DNA of 64,000 bases, taken from assembly GCA_048013815.1 (NCBI GenBank), contig CM106585.1, forward strand, positions 10,168,001-10,232,000. Direction: 5' to 3'. Of this stretch, positions 25,797-36,911 are shown piece after piece. A program made the translations under genes and the position numbers. How positions within the stretch are numbered: the first letter of the stretch is position 1; each line of letters begins with the position of its first letter. The DNA is from Setoptus koraiensis. Its lineage: Eukaryota > Animalia > Arthropoda. Under the pieces are notes generated by a model that was not told the DNA's origin, searched no databases, and saw nothing but the letters and a program-made list of their open reading frames with translations.

Positions 25797-28700
25797 CTAA
25801 GCAGCAATGTATTTAGCATTCTCCAATCCAACGTTTAATTTCATGCCATCTCCATCGACGTTGCCGATTCTATTTTTAACAATATGATCATTAACATTGA
25901 CGAGATTGTTTTCGTAACCGGATGTGGCTAACGATGTTGTGCCCACTGATATTAGTGAGCCAACTACACCGTTTGAGCTTGTTGTGGCAGTTGAAGCAGT
26001 TTGTAATGGAACAATAGATGATATTGGCGCAACAGCTGGCGATAGATCACTCATGGCCGGCTTGGTCAGTAAGGTGGGCACCGTTGAGCCACCGATAGTG
26101 GCGCCGCCTAAGCGCGTAGATGATATTGCCACCTGACCGTCGGGATTGACAGCAACATTGGGCGCCGTTCGAACAAATTTTGTTACTGGCGTTGTGGTTG
26201 CCATGGCGCTCGGTGTTGATATTGCGGCCGCCGTAGCGGAATTGCCAGCCTCGGGTTGACCTTCGCCCCCCATCTGCACTACTGGATCGCCCATTATTGT
26301 TGATCTTTTTCGTCTAGATGATGAGCCTGATGCTGCTGCTGCTGCCGAATCTCCGGCGCCCGATGAACCGGAAGCCGCCGCTGCTGCCGACGATGACGAA
26401 TCACTGGCTCCCTGGGATGATGTTGAAGAGGCCGCTGCCGCTGCTCCATTTGAGGCTGCTGTTGTCGCTGCAAATAGTGGTAATTGTAGGAATGGGGACG
26501 GCAACAAGCTCATTGGCATTGTAAATGATGGCAATCTATAAGCTGGTGTTGATATCGCTGGAGATGCTAACATTGGGCCAACACCTGACGAACTTATCAT
26601 AGGCGGAGCTAGTAGTGAAGATGATAGGGAAGAGGACAAAAATGAAGGTAACATAGAATTTGACATTACTGTTGGTGTTGCTGATATTGCGGTTGGTGTC
26701 AACATTGTTGGCGCTTGCATGAATGTAAACGGAGCTGACGTAAGATAGCCGGGCAATACACTCAATGGTAATGATGCCGGTGCAACTGCGCTTGCTGAGG
26801 CGCCGCCACTTGAACTGCCACTGCTCGATGATGACACGACAGACGCCCTCTTTCGTCTAACCAATCCGACATCTTCAGCAGCGCTACTACTTACTGCTAC
26901 TAATGAGGGAGCCTCATACGACGAAGCCAATATTGAACCCAAAACAGAACGTTTCTGGCGCAATTCTTCTGACATGTCTACCGATCTCCGTCTTCTGCCT
27001 GACGCGGCTGCTGCTGCTGCTGAGCTACTTGCGGGGGCCGCCGCCACAACTGGTGTCGCTGCCACGACCGGGGTAACGGCCATGACAGGGGCGGCAACGA
27101 TTGCTGGGGGCGCTGGTGCTGATGAAGAAGCCGCTGCTGCTGCTGCGGACCTCTTCTTTCTACCTGCTGCTGCACCCGCTGCTGATCTTGATGCTGCACC
27201 GGCTGCGGCTGCGTCACCCGCGGCTGCTCCGGCTGCCGATCTCGATGCTGCAGCGCCCGCTGCTGCTTGAGGCGATCGTTTCCTTCTACCTGCTGCGGCT
27301 CCCGCTGCCGCCGATCTCGATGCTGCACCCGCTGCCGCTGATCTTGATGCTGCACCGGCTGCGGCTGCGTCACCCGCGGCTGCTCCGGCTGCCGATCTCG
27401 ATGCTGCAGCGCCCGCTGCCGATTGTGGTGATCTCTTCCTTCGACCGGAAGCGGCTGAGGCCGCTGCCGAGCTACTTGCTGGTGCTGCTGCAACAACGGG
27501 TGTTGCTGCGAGAACTGGAGTTACTGCCATCACTGGGCTGGCAACGATTGCTGGGGGCGCTGGTGCCGATGAAGATGCCGCTGCTGCTGCCGCAGATCTC
27601 TTCCTTCGTCCTGACGCAGCACCCGATGCAGCTCCACCGCCTGCTGCTGATGCGGCCGCCGCGCTACTTGCGGGGGCTGCGGCAACAACGGGTGTAGCTG
27701 CGACAACTGGGGTGACGGCCATGACAGGGGTGGCTACCACTGCTGGCGGTGGTGGTGCTGATGACGATGCCGCCGCTGCTGCTGCGGATCGTTTCCTTCT
27801 ACCTGCTGCGGCTCCTGCTGCCGCCGATCTCGATGCTGCACCCGCTGCCGCTGATCTTGATGCTGCACCGGCTGCAGCGCCATCTCCAGCGGCTGAACCA
27901 GCGGCCGATCTTGATGCTGCAGCACCCGCTGCTGATTGTGGCGACCTCTTTCTTCTACCTGATGCAGCTGCTGCCGCTGCCGAGCTACTTGCTGGTGCTG
28001 CGGCCACAACTGGTGTCGCTGCTAGAACCGGGGTTACCGCCATCACTGGGCTGGCGACGATTGCTGGGGGCGCTGGTGCGGATGAAGAGGCCGCCGCTGC
28101 TGCTGCAGATCTCTTCTTTCTACCTGCTGCGGCTCCGGCTGCCGCTGATCTCGAGGCTCCCGCGGCACCTGCAGCACCTGAGCCTCCACTTCCTGAAGCG
28201 GCTCCTGCAGCGGATCCTCCTGAACCACCACTGCCCGATGCAGCTCCTGCTGCGGATCCTCCACTTCCTGATGCGGCTCCTGCTGCCGAGCCGCCGGATC
28301 CTCCGCTACCGGATGCTGCTCCAGCGGCTGATCCACCACCGGACGCTGCACCTGATGCTGCTCCACCTGATCCTCCACTTCCTGATGCGGCTCCTGCTGC
28401 CGAGCCGCCGGATCCTCCGCTACCGGATGCTGCTCCAGCGGCTGATCCACCACCGGAAGCTGCACCTGATGCTGCTCCACCCGATCCTCCACTTCCCGAA
28501 GCGGCTCCAGCGGCTGAACCGCCGGATCCTCCGCTACCGGAAGCTGCTCCTGCTGCTGAACCACCGCCTGATGCTGCTCCTGCGGCCGAACCGCCCGATC
28601 CTCCACTTCCAGAAGCGGCGCCAGCGGCTGATCCGCCACCCGACGCTGCTCCCGCTGCTGATCCACCCGAACCACCTCCGCCTGACGCGGCTCCGGCTGC

Positions 28701-31700
28701 TGACCCACCTCCTGAAGCTGCTCCAGCCGCTGCGGCACCCGAGCCTCCAGCTCCTGCTGCTGCCGCCGATGCTCCCGCTGCTATGGGAACCGCAGCAACA
28801 ACAGGTGTTGCTGCAACCACTGGGGTTGCGATTACTGGATGTGCTGCCGAAGATGCTGCCGCTGCTGCTGATCCTCCGCCTGCTGCAGCTCCCGCTGCCG
28901 AGCCTCCGGATCCTCCACTACCTGATGCTGCTCCTGCGGCTGATCCACCCGAACCACCGCCTGATGCTGCTCCCGCTGCTGATCCTCCCGAACCACCTCC
29001 GCCTGAAGCGGCTCCTGCGGCTGAACCACCACCGCCTGATGCTGCTCCCGCGGCTGATCCACCCGAACCACCGCCTGAAGCGGCTCCTGCGGCTGAACCA
29101 CCGCTGCCTGATGCCGCTCCCGCTGCGGAACCACCATGTCCACCCGACGCGGCTCCCGCTGCTGCGGCTCCTGATCCACCGGCTGCTGCTGCCGCGCTGC
29201 TAGATGCGCCCACAACTGGTGTTGCGGCAACCACTGGTGCCACTGCTACAACTGGGGTAATTACACGACGTGCTGGGGCCGATGCGGCGGCTGCTGCCGC
29301 TGCAGATCGTTTCTTTCTACCTGATGCTGCTGCTGCCGCTGCCGAGCTACTTGCTGGGGCTGCGGCCACAACTGGTGTCGCCGCCATGACCGGGGTAACG
29401 GCCATGACAGGGGTGGCTACGATTGCTGGGGGCGCTGGTGCTGATGAAGAAGCCGCTGCTGCTGCTGCGGACCTCTTCTTTCTACCTGCTGCGGCTCCTG
29501 CCGCTGCTGATCTTGATGCTGCACCCGCTGCGGCTGCGTCACCCGCGGCTGCTCCGGCTGCCGATCTTGATGCTGCGGCGCCCGCTGCTGCTTGAGGCGA
29601 TCGCTTCCTTCTACCTGCTGCGGCTCCTGCCGCTGCTGATCTTGATGCTGCACCGGCTGCGGCTGCGTCACCCGCGGCTGCTCCGGCTGCCGATCTTGAT
29701 GCTGCGGCGCCCGCTGCTGCTTGAGGTGATCGCTTCTTTCTACCTGATGCAGCTGCTGCCGCTGCCGAGCTACTTGCTGGTGCTGCCGCTACGACTGGTG
29801 TCGCTGCGACAACCGGGGTAACGGCCATGACAGGGGCGGCCACCACTGCTGGTGGCGGTGGTGCGGCTGAAGAGGCCGCCGCTGCTGCTGCAGATCGCTT
29901 CTTTCTACCTGATGCAGCTGCTGCCGCTGCCGAGCTACTTGCTGGTGCTGCCGCTACGACTGGTGTCGCTGCGACAACCGGGGTAACGGCCATGACGGGG
30001 GTGGCTACCACTGCTGGGGGCGGTGGTGCGGATGAAGAGGCCGCCGCTGCTGCTGCGGATCTCTTCTTTCTACCTGCTGCTGCACCCGCTGCTGCTGATC
30101 TTGATGCTGCACCGGCTGCGGCTGCGTCACCCGCGGCTGCTCCAGCGGCCGATCTCGATGCTGCGGCACCTGCTGCAGCTTGTGGTGATCTCTTCTTTCT
30201 ACCTGCTGCACTTGCTGCTGCCGCCGACGATGACGCCGCTGGTACGGCAATGTATGACGGTGCAGACATTGATACAATTGGTGCGAGCATAGGACTTGTG
30301 ACAGGTATGGCTGCTGCCACTGGTGCAGCTCCGCCAGATGCGGCCGCTGCTGCTGCTGCGCTTGGAGATCTCTTCTTACGACCGGATGCGGCCGAGGCTG
30401 CTGCTGCCGATGATGCAGCAGGGGCTGGTGCAATCATTGGCTGAGCGGCAAATGTGAATGTCTGCCCTGGGGCAAATTGCATTGGATAACCGTAGGCTCC
30501 TGAAGCCGCACTCGCGGCCGCGGCTCCGCCACCTGAAGCTGCACCGGCTGCTGCTGCACCCGATCCGCCACCTGAAGCTGCTCCGGCTGCGGCTGCTCCA
30601 CCGCCCGATGCCGCTCCTGCTGCACTTCCTGAGCCACCTGAAGCTGCGCCCGAAGCCGCTGATCCGCCTCCAGAGGCACCTGACGCTGCAGCTCCTGCTG
30701 CTGAACCACCGCTTCCGCCTGACGCGGCTCCCGCCGCTGCTGCGCCCGAACCGGAGCCTCCACCGCCTGATGCGGCACCTGCTGCTGCCGCTCCGGATCC
30801 TCCTGATCCTCCCGATGCTGCTCCTGCTGCACTACCTGAGCCACCGCTTCCTCCAGAAGCTGCGCCCGCCGCTGCAGCGCCTCCGCCCGACGCGGCTCCA
30901 GAAGCTGCCGAACCGCTTCCAGAGGCACCTGATGCGGCTGCTCCGGCTGCTGAACCACCATGTCCGCCCGAGGCCGCTCCTGCTGCTGCTGCGCCCGAAC
31001 CGGAGCCTCCGCTACCTGCCGCTGCGGCACCGGCCGCCGAGCCACCATGGCCGCCCGAGGCTGCTCCTGCTGCCGCTCCTCCTGATCCGCCACCTGAGGC
31101 TGCGCCGGCCGCTGCTGCACCTGATCCGCCACCTGAAGCTGCACCGGCTGCTGCTGCACCCGATCCGCCACCTGAAGCTGCGCCCGCTGCCGCTGCACCT
31201 GATCCGCCGGCTGCTGCTGCTGAGGCCGCTGAGCCGCCCGAGATCAATTGTGGCATGTATTGAGCCAGTGAACGAACTGGCGTTAGAACAGTCTGAGCTG
31301 TATATAATCTTGGCTGAGTGTATATCTTAATTGGGGCCGGAAGAACGGCCGGTGCGCTCGAGGAAGCTGCGGCAGCCGCTGCTGCCGATCTCTTTTTCCT
31401 GCCAGCGACGGCAACTCCACCACCACCTGATGTTGCTACACCCCCACCGGATGTTGCGGTAAAACCTCCACCTGATGATGATACAACATGTCCACCATTG
31501 TTCGAAATGGTAGTCATGCCGTTTCCGGATGATGAGATAATTTGATTGCCGTTACCTGATGATATTGAACTAAATGTGCCAGTGCCTGAATTTTTTGCTG
31601 CGTTCTGTGCAGCCGAAGCCATACCGAAAGCAGCAGAGAGTGCATCAGGCGATCTCTTTCTCCTACCTGATGCTGCACCGGCTGCAGATCCGCCTGAGCC

Positions 31701-34700
31701 TCCACTACCTCCCGCGGCACCAGCTGCGGATCCACCACCTGATGCGGCACCGGCCGCTGAACCGCCTGAGCCTCCACTACCTGATGCTGCTCCAGCGGCT
31801 GATCCACCGCCAGACGCTGCACCTGATGCTGCTCCACCTGATCCTCCACTTCCCGATGCTGCCCCAGCGGCCGAACCGCCGGATCCTCCGCTACCGGAAG
31901 CTGCTCCTGCTGCTGATCCACCTCCCGAAGCGGCGCCGGCTGCTCCTGCACCCGAGCCTCCGCTACTTGATGCTGCTCCTGCAGCGGATCCTCCCGAACC
32001 ACCACCACCTGATGCTGCCCCAGCGGCTGATCCACCGCCTGATGCGGCTCCTGCAGCGGATCCTCCCGAACCACCACCACCTGATGCTGCTCCAGCGGCT
32101 GATCCACCACCGGAAGCTGCACCTGATGCTGCTCCACCCGATCCTCCACTTCCCGAAGCGGCTCCAGCGGCTGAACCGCCGGATCCTCCGCTACCGGAAG
32201 CTGCTCCTGCTGCTGAACCACCGCCTGATGCTGCTCCTGCGGCCGAACTGCCAGATCCTCCACTTCCAGAAGCGGCGCCAGCGGCTGATCCGCCACCCGA
32301 CGCTGCTCCCGCTGCTGATCCACCCGAACCACCTCCGCCTGACGCGGCTCCGGCTGCTGACCCACCTCCTGAAGCTGCTCCAGCCGCTGCGGCACCCGAG
32401 CCTCCAGCTCCTGCTGCTGCTGCCGACGCTCCCGCTGCTACGGGAACCGCTGCCACAACTGGTGTTGCGGCAACCACTGGTGCCACTGCTACAACTGGGG
32501 TAATTACACGACGTGCTGGGGCCGATGCGGCGGCTGCTGCCGCTGCAGATCGTTTCTTTCTACCTGATGCTGCTGCTGCCGCTGCCGAGCTACTTGCTGG
32601 GGCTGCGGCCACAACTGGTGTCGCCGCCATGACCGGGGTAACGGCCATGACAGGGGTGGCTACCACTGCTGGGGGCGGTGGTGCGGATGAAGAGGCCGCC
32701 GCTGCTGCTGCGGATCTCTTCTTTCTACCTGCTGCAGCTCCTGCCGCTGCTGATCTTGATGCTGCACCGGCTGCGGCTGCGTCACCCGCGGCTGCTCCGG
32801 CTGCCGATCTCGATGCTGCGGCACCTGCTGCAGCTTGTGGTGATCTCTTCTTTCTACCTGCTGCGGCTCCTGCCGCTGCTGATCTTGATGCTGCACCGGC
32901 TGCGGCTGCGTCACCCGCGGCTGCTCCGGCTGCCGATCTTGATGCTGCGGCGCCCGCTGCTGCTTGAGGTGATCGCTTCTTTCTACCTGATGCAGCTGCT
33001 GCTGCTGCGGAGCTACTTGCTGGTGCTGCCGCTACGACTGGTGTCGCTGCGACAACCGGGGTAACGGCCATTACAGGGGTGGCTACGATTGCTGGGGGCG
33101 CTGGTGCTGATGAAGAGGCCGCTGCTGCTGCTGCGGACCTCTTCTTTCTACCTGCTGCGGCACCCGCTGCTGCTGATCTTGATGCTGCACCGGCTGCGGC
33201 CGCGTCACCCGCGGCTGCTCCGGCTGCCGATCTCGATGCTGCGGCACCTGCTGCAGCTTGTGGTGATCTCTTCTTTCTACCCGATGCGGCTGCTGCCGCC
33301 GCTGAAGAAGATGGTGCTGCTGCTGGGACAAGCATTGGTGCCGGCTGGGCAATGGTCATGTAACTGGGGGGTGTCGCGACAATCGCTGGTGCGGCCGACG
33401 ATGCACCCGCAGCTGCGGCGGCAGCCGATGATCCACCTGATGATCCGGCTGCTGAAGCCGCCGCCGCTGATCCAGAAGAGGCTCCTGAGGCTGCTGCCAC
33501 TGGTGCAACGGCGTATGATGGGGCCATGAAAACTGGCGACGCGGCTACTGCTGGTCTTGCTGCAGAGCTGGCCGCTGCCGCTGCACCTGAACCAGATCCG
33601 CCGGCCGCTGATGCCGCCGAGGCAGCACCGCCTGCGCCTCCTGACGCTGCTCCACTTGCTGCGCCGCCGCCGCCTGATGCCGCGCCACTTGCTGCACCGC
33701 CTCCACTTCCGGAGGCCGCTGCTGCAGCAGCCGACGATCCTGCACCATGCGCTGCACCTATTGCCGCAGTTGGCACGGTCATCATGGCGGCCATGGGTGC
33801 CGCCACCAGTTTTGGTGCTGGTGCGCTAGCTGCTGCTGCTGCTGCGGCCGAACCTGACGCTCCCACTGTTGCGAGCCGATGTTAATACGTTCGAGAACGA
33901 TGAGATTTTTCCGAAACATAATGCATAACGCATGCAAAATCACGGGTAAATGAGATAGAAGGAGATGATTGGAAAGCAGATTATTTTTGTTATTTAACAG
34001 GGTGTTCGTTGATCCTCAAAGTTGCGATTAGTTCTTTCGCTAATATGTTAGTTAGACAGAAGCTAAGTGGATTGTTTGCTTGTTCGTACTTATCGGGCCT
34101 CTGGCATACGGAGCGGATACCGGTACAGCAGCGGCAGCCGAGGCGGCTGGATGAACGGCGGATGCGGCGAGGGCGTTTGGATGTGTGGCAACCATATGTG
34201 ATGCACGTGAGACACTTGAGCCAGCAATAGCCGGAGATGATACCAACGGGGTACCAAGTAGATTCTGGCCCGGTGTTAGTCCGGTTATTGGGTGCGCAAT
34301 ACCACCGGGATGGCTGCCGGACGATGCCGAGACTGCCGCTGCTGCGGTACCGTGTGGGTTTGAACGGCCCCCGCTACCAGCTACATTTGAGCTGCTTGTT
34401 GATGTTGTTGCCGTCGACGATCCCGAGCCTGACGAAGAGCTTGCGGCTGACGCTGCGGTACCGGGCGTACCCGACGTTTCGTCATTTGTGGGGAATGAGC
34501 TTGCTATTAGATCGCGCGTTGTGGCACCCAATAAACCAAATGGTTTTGTAACGGCATTGTCGAACCAAGCACCGGCGGCGGCGCCACCAGTTGCCACCAA
34601 ATTTTCGCCTGTGCCAGCAATACTAGCCAATGGTCTAGTTAGAGTATCGTCGAAACCCGCTCTAACACCGTCTGACCAAACTTTGTTTGCATTGGACAAA

Positions 34701-35452
34701 CTAGTGGCTATGTTTTGCAAGGCCACACCTGTTGTTGTTATTGGTCTACCAATAGCGTCCTTAAATATTTTTGCGTAACTATCTGAGCCAGTTAGAACGT
34801 TGTCTGCACCGGAAGTGAATAATTTCTTTGATGATTTAGCTAAAGCGTCACTAATGCCTTCAATTAAATTGTTGCTCTTATGCTGATGTAATGTAGTGCT
34901 AGTAGCTGTGCCCGCTGCACCGCCACTTGTTGATGTTGTTGCTGTTGTTGAACTACCACCACCACCACCTCCGCCGCCACCAACACCACCTGATGCCGCC
35001 GCAGCGGCAGCTGCAGAACCGGATGCGCTCACTAATCAAGTGATCAATGTCAGAGTTAATTAATATGAACGATAAACAATCGATTTGTATCATCATTGGC
35101 GATATCTGTTAGACTATTCACATACAAAATTCACTATGCCAATATAGTTCATTGGACTCGATAATATAATCTGAAAGATTGCAAACTAAATGGCACTCAG
35201 AATCTCACCTGGCTCACGTAGTCATTAGTTGAAAACTAAACTAGATCTCGTGAATTGCTCTTAAAATTGACTAAATTGCAGATCACGAGCTTGCTAATTT
35301 TTCAGAATAGTAAATCAACGAAAAAACTTATTTTCCTCATGCGCACAAATAATTCACTTACCTAAGGCCAATTGGTGGGTCAAAAGTGCCACAACCATGA
35401 GGATCATCCCCAACCTGGTTGAGGCCTCATGTGAGATAAATGTGCTCCTCAT
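25797..35452 (-). CDS. Giant secreted Ala/Gly/Ser-rich silk/cement-like polyprotein with multiple furin-type sites; exons 35452-35362, 35031-34090, 33865-25797; ~3033 aa
   Basis: Exon 1 encodes a signal peptide (MILMVVALLTHQLAL) and ends TTAG|GTAAGT. Acceptor ttag|TG at 35031, donor ATAA|GTACGA at 34090 and acceptor acag|TG at 33865 are all phase 1, joining ORFs 35354-35548, 34052-35032 and 25797-33866 into 9102 nt. 27 R-X-K/R-R sites; no Cys seen. Confidence 0.85.
26990..33860 (-). repeat. Coding tandem/higher-order repeat array inside the silk-like exon 3
   Basis: Recurrent 39-aa and 51-aa units plus GGSAAGAASG-type arrays; 29211-29420 is identical to 32454-32663. Confidence 0.95.
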
Positions 35453-36911
35453 GGTGCCTAAGATTTTCCGTATTGTTGGTATGTTTGATGTGATTTTAGA
35501 TAAGAAATTAAGAATTGACTCGATTTTTCTCTTCCCATTCGCTCTCAATCTAAGGAGATACTCTCATAATAGATGCTGACCTATGTTAGCCTCACAATTT
35601 CTGTTATGCAGACTACTCACTTTCAAAGCTCCTCTTCTTGATCACAGTTTGTTTTATGAAAATTCTCAACAAAATCTCAATCTATTCCTATAAATTAAAT
35701 ATCTCTCTTGGGACTAATTTTCTTAGGATATTAGTCAAATAAGGTTCCGAGTTATTATATAATGTTGATGGAATTTATATTAGTGTGTGTCGGTTCGTGT
35801 ATGTGTGTATGTCGTGAAACAATTGTTCGAACAGGCACTACACTCAATAGAATATAAATTCAATTAATACTTGTTTCTTACTATATATTCTTGTGTAATC
35901 TCTGAAAAAAGGTAGCCGGCAACAGCAACCAAGACTAAACTATACGTTCTATTTAACTCAATCAAATCGATTCAGCAATTAAGATACACACAGTGTCACT
36001 AGTTATACTTGTAGATACAAATTGGTTGATTTGCCTGAAATGCAGTTAAAATGGATGCTATCAATTTACACACTTGAAATATGTTTTTTTCTGAGTGTAG
36101 TCCATAATCGATGATATAGTCTTGATTAGAATTTATTATTCGCACATAACATGTTAAATATTTGCCAACCACTCCCAATCTGTCTATATGTAATCACAAG
36201 TTACAGCAGCCATAAATACAAAATTTTACATACATTTGTTGCACTTGTTGATTGAACTCAATTTTATAGACCAGTCTTAAACAAACTCAAAACAAATTGA
36301 GGTGTAATTTAATATCAATTACGTTCTACGTTCTAGAGTGTAGCAAATTGATAGCGAATAAATTGTGCGATAACAAAATAATCCATCAATTGATTGAAAC
36401 TTGCAACTATTTGATGCCATTTCATTTAGCTGATCCGACGCTTCAAAATACTATTTCTTCAATCGGTTGCTACGAGACTTACTTTTATGTAACAGATTGA
36501 TAGCTGATTGATTGAGAGATCACACCATGTGAGATATTCGTATGTCAGACATGCCATATTGCAAGATGGATGATAGAAGAAGAATGTTTTTTCCTATGAG
36601 CAAACCAAAAACTAGCCAATTATAAACTACCCGACTAGTAACAACTCAACCTGATTAGCAAACCTCGGCTATTTGCTAGCCAATAATAGGCACTCAAATG
36701 AAAACTTGATTATCACTTTCCATAGTCCAACTTAGTGCCTCACAAGAATCTACTATTTTTTGTACTGAAATTAAAAAACTAGCCCTTTTATTGATTCTTG
36801 CCGGCAATATTGCCTTATCTTAGTCGTTTCTTGAATTCGGCGATCTCTATCTTCGAGTCCTCTATTTTATTTTACTTTATTTTACAGTTCGTCTGACTCA
36901 TCTTTTCTTTG

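Noticed and set aside
26974-33885. Long plus-strand and off-frame ORFs (e.g. 27712-29595, 31546-32967, 27749-29203) rich in AAPAADPP or LLLR/QQQ
   Set aside because: Shadows of the Ala/Gly/Ser codon repeats on the minus strand; no signal peptide, termini or splice support of their own.
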